From assembly GCA_963833095.1 (NCBI GenBank), contig CAWHWQ010000005.1, positions 32,001 through 96,000 on the forward strand: a stretch of DNA of 64,000 nucleotides, given 5' to 3'. The DNA comes from Vulcanimicrobiota bacterium. GTDB taxonomy: Bacteria > Vulcanimicrobiota > Vulcanimicrobiia > Vulcanimicrobiales > Vulcanimicrobiaceae. This document shows, piece after piece, positions 40,079 to 49,872 of the stretch. Numbering within the stretch: position 1 is the stretch's first letter; every line of letters begins with the position of its first letter. The position numbers were made by a program, and so were the translations under genes. The notes under the pieces are model-generated. The model saw only the letters and a program-made list of their open reading frames with translations, had not been told where the DNA came from and did not search any database.

Positions 40079-40899
40079 ACTTCGTTCACGCCATAGATGA
40101 GCGCTGTCTTGGTTGAGCCGGCGAAGAGGTGATCGGCCAGCGGCTTCTGCAGCGCCTTGAAAAACTCGTCCGCCACTTTGTGCGCCTTCTTCTGCTTGCT
40201 GCCGTCGCCTTGCATGTGGTACGACCATCCGAATTCAGCGACGAGGACGTCGAACTTGTCGGTGGCAGGTCGCGTCCAGAGCGCAAGGTCAGCGTGCGCC
40301 GAGGTGTTCTTCCCAAAGTTGTAAATGCCCAGACGCGCCCCTATTTCAAGCACGCGCGCGTTGTTCACCGCCGACACCGTCTTCGTTGTGTCGAGATTGA
40401 GGGTCTTCAGACCCGGAAAGATCTCAACGATCTCCGAGAGCGGGTGCTCGAATTTGGCCACTGGGTAGTAGCCGATCAAGTTGTTGGAAAAAATGCTCTT
40501 GATCGTCCCTAGCGTGTCGCCGCGGATAATCTCTTCTTTGAACTTCTTCTTTATCGTGATTTCCTTCATCGTGGAATTGATGTTGAAGTCCGCGGCTTCG
40601 TCAAATTCAGGCGAGCGCCGCTTGAAGGTCACTTCATATGTCTCATCCGGGAACCCGCTCGACGCATCACGCCGCAACCGTAAGATGACGCGGTTTTCGC
40701 GGAAGACGCATTCCGGCGTATCAAAAAACTGCACCTGACGCATCTCCGAATCGACGCGATCGAACGGCTCGTAGACGACGCCGGCGTCCTTGGAAAGCTT
40801 CGTCAGCTTATCGTTAAACTGGAGAACCGCCTGTTTGGTCAGAAACAGCTCCGGTTTGAGCAACAATTTAAATTCGCGAGCGGTAATTGCGGTAGCCAT
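40075..40899 (-). CDS. Hypothetical protein, CYTH/triphosphate-tunnel-like
   Basis: REFKLLL, FFDT...ILRLR, VTFKRR and KFKEE pattern resembling the CYTH fold. Confidence 0.55.
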   Translation of the reverse strand: MATAITAREFKLLLKPELFLTKQAVLQFNDKLTKLSKDAGVVYEPFDRVDSEMRQVQFFDTPECVFRENRVILRLRRDASSGFPDETYEVTFKRRSPEFDEAADFNINSTMKEITIKKKFKEEIIRGDTLGTIKSIFSNNLIGYYPVAKFEHPLSEIVEIFPGLKTLNLDTTKTVSAVNNARVLEIGARLGIYNFGKNTSAHADLALWTRPATDKFDVLVAEFGWSYHMQGDGSKQKKAHKVADEFFKALQKPLADHLFAGSTKTALIYGVNEV

Positions 40900-40909
40900 G
40901 GAAGCTCCT

Positions 40910-41438
40910 CTATCGCAGAGCGATAACGCCGACGACTGCGCCGCCGAGAATCAGCAGCGCCGGATTGATTTTCGTTTTCAGCGTCGAGGCAAAAATTGCG
41001 AGCATGATCAGCACGTGTGATCCAGTTCGTGAACGACGCCTTTGCCGAACGAAATCGTACCGGCGACGGCTAGACCAATCGCCACCGGCGCGAGCCCTTT
41101 TTGAATCGACGCTCTCCACGGCCAATGCTCGAGCTTCGTCCAAAGGCGTCCGACGCCGAACGTCAGGAAGCCGGTGGGAACGAAGAACGCAAGTGCGGCG
41201 ACAGCGCGCCGGGGATTCCACTGACCTGCTCGCCGACGGCTGCGACCATCATCATGTTCGGCCCGGGCGCCATTTGACCGACGCGAATAGATGTGGATGA
41301 GCTGCTCGGGCGTCAGCCAGTGATGCACGTCTGACGGTCGAGCGATTTGCAGTCTCCGGATATGCAGCCATACCGCCGCCGATCGTCAGCAGCGAGAGGT
41401 AGCTGAAGACCTTGCGCTAGCGCAGGGAGCTGATCCAC
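40910..41438 (-). CDS. Short-chain chromate transporter (ChrA) subunit 2 (frameshifted)
   Basis: VFSYLSLLTIGGGMAAYPE, HHWLT, QMAPGPNM and GLAPVAIGL fragments. Confidence 0.75.
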
Positions 41439-42029
41439 TCTTGCAACTCCTCTTTCTTATTCTCGACGGGTCGGTCCTTGTGCGGACGGTTGGCGAAAAT
41501 CGCCAGCGCTCCGACGCCGAGCAGCACTTCCGGTACTGAAAACTTAAAATGGTTGATCCCCAAGACCGCCAGCAAGAATGAAAAACGCATCGTAGAATCC
41601 CTTGACCGTTTTCTTCCCGATCTGATACCACGTCGCCGCGATCAGACCCACGGCGGCGGCAGCGACGCCCTTGAGCGCCGCGGTTACGATCGGCCGATCG
41701 TGGCCCTGACTGTACAGCATTCCCGCGATGGTCATAAAGATGAAGCCGGGCAGACACATGCCGATCATCGCAGCGATGCTGCCGACGGTTCCGCGAACGC
41801 GATCGCCCGCGAGGATCGACATGTTGGTCGCGTTGAGGCCGGGTAGCGTGTTGCTGATCGACATCAGTTCGAGAAAGGCGACGTCGTCCAGCCACTTCTT
41901 CTTCGTCACGAGCGCGTTGCGCAAATACGCGACGACGCCGCCGCCAAAGCTGGTAGCGCCGATGATCAGGAACGTAACGAAGATATCCGCCGGCGATACC
42001 TTTTTGCTTGGCGCTGCCGGTGTCGTCAC
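41417..42029 (-). CDS. Short-chain chromate transporter (ChrA) subunit 1 (frameshift near the 3' end; end approximate)
   Basis: FLIIGATSFGGG, KKWLDD, TLPGLNATN and LKGVAAAAVGL motifs. Confidence 0.8.
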
Positions 42030-42667
42030 GACTTCGGACTTGCAAAGACGGAGGGCGCCACCGGCGCATTCGGAACGTAGTTCGCGAACGTAATCGTCCC
42101 GTCGACGCTATAGCCGGGGAAACGCGCGGCGATGTCGGCTTTGGTGGGCAGGTTGAACGCGCCGAAGTCACCGTAGGCTTGCACGAATTTCAAGGAGCCT
42201 CCATTGGTATAGGACCAGAGCGCCTGATCGATCAGGGCGCTTTGATCGTTGACGTGAACGGTCAGGCTCTTGACCCGGCTACCCGCCTTCTTGGGGACGA
42301 GCGAGTAAGTCGATTCCGAGCCGTCATCGGCAAGTGGCGTAAGCGTGTACTGCGTCATTGCGTCGTCGTAGGACGGCGTTGAGGTAACGAGATCTTTGAA
42401 CTTGCTCAGCGATCCCGAGACATTTTGGAATTCGATCTTGCGCTTCGGCTTGAGATAGTACACCACGCCGTCAAAGCTCTTGTGAACCGGGATCACCACA
42501 TGCAGCGTCGCGTCGAGCTTTGCCGACGCGGTATATGATTTCAGGGTCGGATTCGGGTCCGTGGCGCGGCGAAGCAAATCGAGTGACGCCGTTTGGGCAC
42601 TCGATGCCTCGCCTCGAGCGAAGAGGACGCCAATGACAAGCAGAGCGACGGCAAATGGCGCACGCAC
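42026..42667 (-). CDS. Hypothetical secreted protein (LolA-like fold possible)
   Basis: Signal peptide; beta-rich; YSLVPKK and FANYVPN near the end. Confidence 0.6.
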   Translation of the reverse strand: MRAPFAVALLVIGVLFARGEASSAQTASLDLLRRATDPNPTLKSYTASAKLDATLHVVIPVHKSFDGVVYYLKPKRKIEFQNVSGSLSKFKDLVTSTPSYDDAMTQYTLTPLADDGSESTYSLVPKKAGSRVKSLTVHVNDQSALIDQALWSYTNGGSLKFVQAYGDFGAFNLPTKADIAARFPGYSVDGTITFANYVPNAPVAPSVFASPKS

Positions 42668-42749
42668 CTACTACGCATAGCTCAATCGGCACGCGGGCGC
42701 TCGGGCCTGTCCAGGACTGCGAGGCGCAAGCCGGAAAATGTTTTGCCCG

Positions 42750-43211
42750 ATGGATGACGATGTTGCGGCGTTCCTTGCGATCAATCAGGAGTGCGAGGAC
42801 CAACTTTGGCCCGCGACCGAGTCCGAGTTGCGAGCGATGATAGGCAACGCCTATCGCGCAATGCTCACGCCGGACCGGCTTGCAATGTTGATCTCGTTCG
42901 ACGAACGCTCAGCGTATGACAGCCCGAACTTTCGCTGGTTCGCGGAACGCTATCCGCGTTTCGTCTACGTCGATCGCGTGGCGGTTACGGAGTCTGCACG
43001 AGGGCGCGGTCTTGCTCGGCGTCTGTATGAGGATCTCATTGCCGCCGCGCGCGCCGACGGACACCAGGTTATCTGCGCGGAGGTCTACTTCGAGCCGCCT
43101 AATCCGCAGTCCGATGCGTTCCACGAAGCCATGGGGTTCGTTGAGGTCGGACGCGCTCGGGTTGCCGATCGCGGCGGCAAGACCGTCCGCTATCTCGTGC
43201 GAGAGCTGTAA
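42750..43211 (+). CDS. GNAT family N-acetyltransferase
   Basis: YDSPNFRWF, FVYVDRVAV...RGRGLARRLY and SDAFHEAMGFVEVG motifs. Confidence 0.88.
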   Translation: MDDDVAAFLAINQECEDQLWPATESELRAMIGNAYRAMLTPDRLAMLISFDERSAYDSPNFRWFAERYPRFVYVDRVAVTESARGRGLARRLYEDLIAAARADGHQVICAEVYFEPPNPQSDAFHEAMGFVEVGRARVADRGGKTVRYLVREL

Positions 43212-43212
43212 C

Positions 43213-43863
43213 TTAATCGAGGCGCAACGTGCGCGTCCAAAAGATCGTCAGCATTTCGGCCATTTTCTCGACGCTGGGTTTGTTGGGCGCGAGAACCCAT
43301 TCGGCGAGAATCGCGACGGCGGCGCTCCCGAGGCCGATGGAGATGAGACGGCTGTCGAGATCGTGCAGAACGCCGGTCGGCTCGAGGAAATCGGTGGCGC
43401 GGGTCAGTTGCCGAATCGAGCGTTCGCGCAAATCTCGACGGTGCTGCTCGAGCGAAGGGCTAACGCCTAGACTTTCCAGCGCGTAGATGCGCGCTCGGCG
43501 CGGATCTTCCGTAAAGTACGAATAGTACGCGCGATTCGACGCGAGCATGCGTTCGTAAACCGGCTTGTCGGTCGAACGCAACTTCTCACGCACGATATCG
43601 TGCGCGTGTTCTGCGATGTCGTCCAGTATTGCGCGCAACAACGCTTCGCGCGAAGGAAACTCTTCATAGAAGTGGCGCGCCGTCACGCCCGACGCCATGC
43701 AAATTGCCGGGATGGTCGTCTTTAAGAAGCCGATCGTTCCGAACAATTCCAACCCGGCGGCAAGCAAACGCGAACGACGCTCGGCGCGGCGTTGCGCATC
43801 CGAGAGGCCGCCGTAACGGCGGCTCGGCTTTTCTACGAGTGCTTGGTCTACCACGTCCGCCAT
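43213..43863 (-). CDS. TetR/AcrR family transcriptional regulator
   Basis: YGGLSDAQRRAERRSRLLAAGLELFG...GVTARHFYEEF helix-turn-helix. Confidence 0.9.
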   Translation of the reverse strand: MADVVDQALVEKPSRRYGGLSDAQRRAERRSRLLAAGLELFGTIGFLKTTIPAICMASGVTARHFYEEFPSREALLRAILDDIAEHAHDIVREKLRSTDKPVYERMLASNRAYYSYFTEDPRRARIYALESLGVSPSLEQHRRDLRERSIRQLTRATDFLEPTGVLHDLDSRLISIGLGSAAVAILAEWVLAPNKPSVEKMAEMLTIFWTRTLRLD

Positions 43864-43897
43864 ATGGTCCTCTAGCGCAGGTTGGAAACATTCATTC

Positions 43898-43913
43898 GAC
43901 AAAACGGCTTGTC
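43898..43913. promoter_or_regulatory. Candidate TetR operator
   Basis: GACAA-N6-TTGTC inverted repeat in the short divergent intergenic region. Confidence 0.45.
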
Positions 43914-43942
43914 ACATCCCCCGCCTAGGAACCGCGCCGAAT

Positions 43943-45061
43943 ATGAATTTGACCTTCAGCCCGGAGGAGCGGGCGTTTCGCGCTGAGGTGCGTGAGTTTA
44001 TCACGACCCAGTTGCCCGATGACATCCGGCACAAGATGCAAGCCGGCGAACACCTCGACAAAGACGATTACTACCGCTGGCAGCGCCTGCTGTTCGAACG
44101 AGGTTGGATCGCTCCGAACTGGCCCGCGAAATATGGCGGCACCGGTTGGGATCCGATCCGCCGCCACATCTTTTCCGAGGAGTTATCGTACGGCTGGGCG
44201 CCGCGTTTGCTGCCGTTCGGCTTGAGTATGGTCGCGCCGGTGATCATCCAGTTCGGCAACGACGAACAGCGCGCGCGCTTTCTTCCACGCATTCTTTCGG
44301 GCGAGGACTTTTGGTGCCAGGGGTACTCGGAACCCGGATCGGGCTCCGACCTCGCCTCGCTTTCAACCAAAGCCGAGCGCAAAGGCGACCTCTACGTAAT
44401 CAACGGAACCAAAACGTGGATCACCGCCGCGCAGTGGGCCGATTGGATCTTCGTCCTTGCGCGCACGTCGCCGCTTGAGAAAAAGCGCCAAGAAGGCATC
44501 TCGTTCATCTTGGTCGACATGCGCTCGCCCGGTGTAAGCGTGCGTCCCATCACCACGATCGACGGCGGTCAAGAGATCAACGAAGTGCACCTTGAAAACG
44601 TCGAAGTGCCGGTCACAAACCGTGTCGGCGAAGAAGGCGGAGGCTGGACCTACGCCAAGTTTTTGCTCGAACACGAGCGCACCGGAACGGCCGGCATCGC
44701 AGCCTGCCGGCAGATGCTCACGCAGCTTTCCGAGCTGCGCGATCGCGAGGGTATCGCGGATCGCCGGTTCGACGAGCGTCTCGCCGAGATCGACATCGAA
44801 TTGACCGCCGTAGCCTTCACCGAAATGCGCGTGCTGGCTGCGGAGTCGGCCGGCACACGGCCAGGTCCCGAATCCTCGATCCTCAAGCTTAAAGGCACCG
44901 AGATCCAACAGGCGCTTACCGAACTCGCGCTCGACGCGGGCGGCCCATATAGCGACGTCGCGCTGGCGCGGCACTACTTTAATTTTCGTAAAGCCACGAT
45001 CTATGCCGGCTCCAACGAGATCCAAAAGAACATTATCGCCAAACAGATTCTGAAAGTATAA
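43943..45061 (+). CDS. Acyl-CoA dehydrogenase, PimC-like large subunit
   Basis: WCQGYSEPGSGSDLASL, NGTKTWIT and TIYAGSNEIQKNIIAK motifs. Confidence 0.9.
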   Translation: MNLTFSPEERAFRAEVREFITTQLPDDIRHKMQAGEHLDKDDYYRWQRLLFERGWIAPNWPAKYGGTGWDPIRRHIFSEELSYGWAPRLLPFGLSMVAPVIIQFGNDEQRARFLPRILSGEDFWCQGYSEPGSGSDLASLSTKAERKGDLYVINGTKTWITAAQWADWIFVLARTSPLEKKRQEGISFILVDMRSPGVSVRPITTIDGGQEINEVHLENVEVPVTNRVGEEGGGWTYAKFLLEHERTGTAGIAACRQMLTQLSELRDREGIADRRFDERLAEIDIELTAVAFTEMRVLAAESAGTRPGPESSILKLKGTEIQQALTELALDAGGPYSDVALARHYFNFRKATIYAGSNEIQKNIIAKQILKV

Positions 45062-45065
45062 GACG

Positions 45066-46133
45066 ATGGATTTCACGCTAACGGCCGAGCAAGTCTTGTT
45101 GCGCGACAGCGTCGCGCGCTTTGCGATAAACGGTTCCTCGAACGGTGCGCGACGAGATCACTGGAAGCAGTTCACCGAACTGGGCTGGCTCGCGATCGGC
45201 GCACCGGAAGACGCGGGCGGTTTCGGCGGAGCGACCGAAACGCTGCTATTAATGGAACAGCTCGGCCGCGGACTCGTGGTCTCGCCGTTCGTCTCGCACG
45301 TCGTCCTCGCCGGAGCGGTGCTGCACGCCGCTAATCGCGGCGATCTCATCGAGGACGTCGTCGAAGGCCGTCGCCGCTTCGCGGTTGCGTACGAAGAACG
45401 CGGCGCGCGTTACGACCCGGCGAGGGTTGAAGTTCGCGCGGAGCGCGACGCCGGCGGCTGGAAGCTGCGCGGCACGAAGGTCCGCGTGCTCGATGCTGCA
45501 GCGGCCGACACCTACATCGTCTCGGCCGTAACAGCCGACGGAGTTGCTCTTTTCATGATTCCCGCGTCGGCGGAGAACGTCACGCGCGCGCCCTATCCCG
45601 GCGAAGACGGGCACGACGTCGCAACGCTGCAGTTCGATGGTGTCACCCTCGGCGAGGATGCAGTGATCGCGCCGCCCGGTAACGCGCTGCATGCGCTGGA
45701 AGCCGGGGTCGACGCCGCCACGGCTGCGCTCTGCGCGGAGGCGCTTGGTCTATGCGCCGTCATGCTTGAGACAACAGTCGAATACTTGAAGGTGCGCCAG
45801 CAATTCGGCGTTCCACTCAGTTCTTTCCAGGCATTGCAGCATCGCATGGCGGAGATGTACATCGAACTTGAGCTGATTCGCTCGATGGCTTACCATGCGG
45901 CGATGACGGTCGAGTCGCAACCCGACGCGGTAGCGCGCAAGCGCGCCATCTCGGCGGCAAAGGCGCAAGTCGCGAAGTCCGGCCGGTTCATCGGACAACA
46001 GGCCATTCAGCTTCACGGCGCGATCGGCATGAGCGAGGAATATAAGATCGGACACTACTTCAAGCGCATGACTTTCGTCGAACGCCTTTTTGGCGATCGT
46101 GATTATCACGTTCGGCGCTACCTCGCATGCTGA
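45066..46133 (+). CDS. Acyl-CoA dehydrogenase, PimD-like small subunit
   Basis: RQQFGVPLSSFQALQHRMAEM and IQLHGAIGMSEE motifs. Confidence 0.88.
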   Translation: MDFTLTAEQVLLRDSVARFAINGSSNGARRDHWKQFTELGWLAIGAPEDAGGFGGATETLLLMEQLGRGLVVSPFVSHVVLAGAVLHAANRGDLIEDVVEGRRRFAVAYEERGARYDPARVEVRAERDAGGWKLRGTKVRVLDAAAADTYIVSAVTADGVALFMIPASAENVTRAPYPGEDGHDVATLQFDGVTLGEDAVIAPPGNALHALEAGVDAATAALCAEALGLCAVMLETTVEYLKVRQQFGVPLSSFQALQHRMAEMYIELELIRSMAYHAAMTVESQPDAVARKRAISAAKAQVAKSGRFIGQQAIQLHGAIGMSEEYKIGHYFKRMTFVERLFGDRDYHVRRYLAC

Positions 46134-47014
46134 TCTCGGAGCTGGCTGAGCAAGTCGTCAGCGGGCTTGCAACCGGCGCCATCATCGCTAGCATGGCGCT
46201 GGCGCTCGTGCTCATCTATCGTTCGATGAACGTCATCAATTTCGCGCAAGGTGAGATGGCGATGTTTTCGACGTTCATCGCATATACGCTGATCGGTCGC
46301 GGCGTGCCGATCTGGATCTCCTTCGCGCTCACGGTGCTCATTGCGTTCGTGGGCGGCGTGGCAATCGAACGCATCGTGATCCGCCCCATCGAGCACGCGT
46401 CGCCGCTGACGATCGTGATCGTAACGCTGGGATTATTGATCTCGATCAACGGTCTCGCGGGTTGGATTTGGGGCTACGACGTGCACGCGTTTCCGAGCCC
46501 GTTCCCGGAAACCACTTTTCGCTTAGGTGGCGTCGTGCTCTCCGCGCAGGATCTGGGCGTGATCGTTACGTGTCTCGGCATGCTCTTCGTGCTGTGGTTT
46601 TTCTTCGGCCGCACGCGCCTTGGCCTAGCGATGCGCGCCGCGGCGCTCTATCCGATGGAGAGCCGCGTGCTGGGAATCCGCGTAGGGTGGATGCTGGCGC
46701 TCGGATGGGGGCTAGCCGCGGTGGTTGGCGCCATCTCCGGCGTCATGATCGCGCCGATCGTTTTTCTCGAGCCGAACATGATGCAAGGACTGGTCGTCTA
46801 CGCATTTGCGGCTGCGGTACTCGGGGGCATCGATAGTCCGGTCGGTGCCGTGGTCGGCGGACTGATCCTTGGCGTCGCGCTCAACCTTATGGGAACATAC
46901 GTCTCGTTCATCGGCACGGACCTGCGATTGCCGGCGGCCTTCCTGATCATCGTGCTCGTGCTCGTCGTACGGCCTAGCGGATTTTTCGGGAAACAGAGCG
47001 TGACTCGCGTATGA
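46127..47014 (+). CDS. Branched-chain amino acid-type ABC permease (LivH-like)
   Basis: VINFAQGE, RTRLGLAMRA and FAAAVLGGIDS motifs. Confidence 0.9.
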   Translation: MLISELAEQVVSGLATGAIIASMALALVLIYRSMNVINFAQGEMAMFSTFIAYTLIGRGVPIWISFALTVLIAFVGGVAIERIVIRPIEHASPLTIVIVTLGLLISINGLAGWIWGYDVHAFPSPFPETTFRLGGVVLSAQDLGVIVTCLGMLFVLWFFFGRTRLGLAMRAAALYPMESRVLGIRVGWMLALGWGLAAVVGAISGVMIAPIVFLEPNMMQGLVVYAFAAAVLGGIDSPVGAVVGGLILGVALNLMGTYVSFIGTDLRLPAAFLIIVLVLVVRPSGFFGKQSVTRV

Positions 47015-47922
47015 ACCTGCCGGCGCGTCGTCTCGTTCCCGTCATAGCGGCCGTCGCGCTGTTTGCCGCGCTGCCGTTCGTGCTTCCATCGTTCCTCACG
47101 TTTCAATTTGCGTTTGCCGGCGCGTACGCGTGCGCGATTTTGGGGTTAACGGTTTTGACCGGGACCAACGGGCAAATCTCGCTTGGGCAGGGCGCATTCA
47201 TGGCCGCCGGCGGATACACGGTGGCAATCCTCGTGCATAGCGCGGGATGGCCGCCGGAATTAGCGATCCCGATAGCGGCCGCGGTCGCCTTCGTCCTGGG
47301 CGGTGTCGTCGGGTTGATTGCCTTGCGCCTCACCGGCGCGTATCTTGCGCTTGCGACCTTTGCCCTGGCCGTTTCCGTGTCGCCGTTGATCAAGCGCTTC
47401 GGCTGGATCACCGGTGGGGCGCAAGGCGTGACGTTGCCCTTCTCGCGCGACTCGAGAGTGCTCTACGCGGAGTCGTGGGGAATCGCCGCACTGCTGCTAC
47501 TCATCACGTGGTTCATGCTGCGTGGGCGCATCGGGCGCTGCTTGCGAGCGCTTCGCGACAACGAGATCGCGGCGGCCTCGTTCGGAATCGATCCGGTTCC
47601 CTACAAAACGTTTGCATTTGCGCTCAGCGCAGCGTACGCCGGAATCGCGGGAGCGCTGATCGCGACCGCCACCGCGTACGTCAGCCCCGACACGTTCGGA
47701 TTGCAACTCTCGCTCACGCTGATCATCGGCGTCGTGATCGGCGGTCTCGACTCACTATGGGGCGCCGCCATCGGCGGCTTGGTCGTCGAGTTCTTGCCCC
47801 TCGCCGCGCAGTCCATCAACGTCGCCGCCACATCGGTCATCTACGGTATCGCACTCATCCTCGTCATGATCCTCATGCCCGGCGGGATAGCCGGCGCACT
47901 TCGCACGCTCAGTAGGAGGTAA
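47011..47922 (+). CDS. Branched-chain amino acid-type ABC permease (LivM-like)
   Basis: GQISLGQGAF, YLALATFA, ALRDNEIAA and MPGGIAG motifs. Confidence 0.9.
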   Translation: MNLPARRLVPVIAAVALFAALPFVLPSFLTFQFAFAGAYACAILGLTVLTGTNGQISLGQGAFMAAGGYTVAILVHSAGWPPELAIPIAAAVAFVLGGVVGLIALRLTGAYLALATFALAVSVSPLIKRFGWITGGAQGVTLPFSRDSRVLYAESWGIAALLLLITWFMLRGRIGRCLRALRDNEIAAASFGIDPVPYKTFAFALSAAYAGIAGALIATATAYVSPDTFGLQLSLTLIIGVVIGGLDSLWGAAIGGLVVEFLPLAAQSINVAATSVIYGIALILVMILMPGGIAGALRTLSRR

Positions 47923-47924
47923 CC

Positions 47925-49154
47925 ATGCACTTTTCTCGTCGTTTCGGCGTGCTCGCGATCGCATTGACATTGATCGCGGGATACTTCATCGGTACACCTC
48001 GTCTCGCGCTCGGCGACGCGCCAGGTGTTACCAGCACGCAGATCCTCATTGGAGGCACGCACCCGTTTAGCGGCCCGGCTGCGGCCTACGGTACGATTTC
48101 CCAAGGCATCCAAGCATACTTCGCCTACGTCAACGATCACGGCGGCGTCTACGGCCGCAAGATCGTCTATAAAGACGTCGACGACGGCTACAACCCGGCG
48201 CAGACGGTTCAGCTCGTCAAGCAGCTCGCCGAACAAGACCAGGTTTTCGCGTTCTTCAACACGCTCGGGACGGCGCCGAATGTCGCGATCCAGCCATATC
48301 TGAATGAGCGGAAGATTCCGCAGCTCTTCATCGCGACGGGAGCGACGCAGTTTGGCCTCGAGGGAACCAAATATCCCTACACCCTGCTCTTCAATCCCGA
48401 CTATCAATCGGAAGCGCAGATCTTCGGTAAGGATCTCATTGCGCACAATAAGAACGCCAAGGTAGCAATCATCTATCAAAACGACGACTTCGGCCAGGAC
48501 TATGTCACCGGGTTCCAACGGGCTATCGCAGGTAAGGGACCCACCGTCGTGAAGACCGCGTCCTACGAAGTCACCGATGCCGACGTCGGCTCGCAGATGC
48601 AAGCGCTCAAAGCGAGCGGTGCCGACACGCTGTTGATCGCCGCAACGCCGAAGTTCGCAGTGCAATCGATGGTCATTAAAGCCAAGCTCGGCTGGAATCC
48701 GGTTACCTACCTGACCGATGTGTCGGCAGCCCAATTCCTCATGCAGGCTGCGACCAAGGCCGGCGGTGCCGGAGCAACCAACGGCATCATCACGGCAGAA
48801 TACGTGCTCGATCCGACCAACCGGGGCATGGCCGGGGCGCCGGGTATGAAGCTGTACCGCGATATTCTAGCGAAGTACGCTCCGCACGCGGACCCCAGCA
48901 ACGCCTTCGTGATCTACGGCGTGGCTGCCGCGTATACGATGGTCGACGCGCTCAAGCACGCGGGCAAAAACCCGACGCGCGAGTCGCTGATGAACGCGGC
49001 GCTGCACCTCAACGAAAAGAACCCGTTCTTCATCGACGGCGTTTCGCTGAGCACGTCCCCGAACAATCGCTTCCCGATTCGCCAAGAGCAGCTCGGAAAG
49101 TACGTAAACGGACTGTTCGTGCCTTACGGCTTCGTGATCGACGCGCGAAAATAG
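47925..49154 (+). CDS. ABC substrate-binding protein (Leu/Ile/Val-binding family)
   Basis: Signal peptide; PFSGPAAAYG, VNDHGGVYGRKI and DDGYNP motifs. Confidence 0.9.
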   Translation: MHFSRRFGVLAIALTLIAGYFIGTPRLALGDAPGVTSTQILIGGTHPFSGPAAAYGTISQGIQAYFAYVNDHGGVYGRKIVYKDVDDGYNPAQTVQLVKQLAEQDQVFAFFNTLGTAPNVAIQPYLNERKIPQLFIATGATQFGLEGTKYPYTLLFNPDYQSEAQIFGKDLIAHNKNAKVAIIYQNDDFGQDYVTGFQRAIAGKGPTVVKTASYEVTDADVGSQMQALKASGADTLLIAATPKFAVQSMVIKAKLGWNPVTYLTDVSAAQFLMQAATKAGGAGATNGIITAEYVLDPTNRGMAGAPGMKLYRDILAKYAPHADPSNAFVIYGVAAAYTMVDALKHAGKNPTRESLMNAALHLNEKNPFFIDGVSLSTSPNNRFPIRQEQLGKYVNGLFVPYGFVIDARK

Positions 49155-49871
49155 GTGCTCTTATCGGTTCGTAACCTGACCCTTCGGTTCGGCGGCGTTA
49201 CCGCGCTTTCCGACGTCTCGTTCGACGTCGAGCGCGGTGAGGTCGCCGGACTGATCGGCCCGAACGGCGCCGGTAAAACGACCTGCTTCAACTGCATCAC
49301 GCGACTCTACGATCCCGCCTCAGGCCAGATCAGCGTGAACGGCGAGGACGTGCTGCGCTTGCCGGCGCACGCGATAGCGAAAAAGAGAGTCGCGCGCACG
49401 TTTCAAAACGTGGCTCTCTTCGATCGCCTTAGCGTGCTTGACAACGTCATGATCGGGGCGACCGGTGCCGCGTCGACGGAGGCGCAGTCGCGCGAGCTCG
49501 CGCACGCGGCCCTTGCGTATATGGAGCTTGAATCAATTGCCAAGACATACGTTGCATCGCTCCCGTTTCCCACGCGTAAGGCCGTCGAACTTGCGCGCGC
49601 GATTGCCGGTAAGCCGCAATTGCTGTTGCTCGATGAGCCGGCTTCGGGCCTGCGGCATGAAGACGTCGACGGGCTCGCGCGCCGGATCGCGAAGCTCGCC
49701 GCCGATTGGGAGATGACCGTACTGATGGTCGAACACCACATGGGTCTGGTGATGCAGCTGTGCACGCACATCGTCGTGCTCGATTCGGGCCGTCTCTTGG
49801 CCGATGGAACGCCGCAGGACGTGCAGCAGAATCCGGCAGTGATCGAGGCGTATCTGGGAACGGCCGGCTGA
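49155..49871 (+). CDS. ABC ATP-binding protein (LivG-like)
   Basis: GPNGAGKTT, ARTFQN, LLLDEP and VIEAYLG motifs. Confidence 0.92.
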   Translation: MLLSVRNLTLRFGGVTALSDVSFDVERGEVAGLIGPNGAGKTTCFNCITRLYDPASGQISVNGEDVLRLPAHAIAKKRVARTFQNVALFDRLSVLDNVMIGATGAASTEAQSRELAHAALAYMELESIAKTYVASLPFPTRKAVELARAIAGKPQLLLLDEPASGLRHEDVDGLARRIAKLAADWEMTVLMVEHHMGLVMQLCTHIVVLDSGRLLADGTPQDVQQNPAVIEAYLGTAG

Positions 49872-49872
49872 C

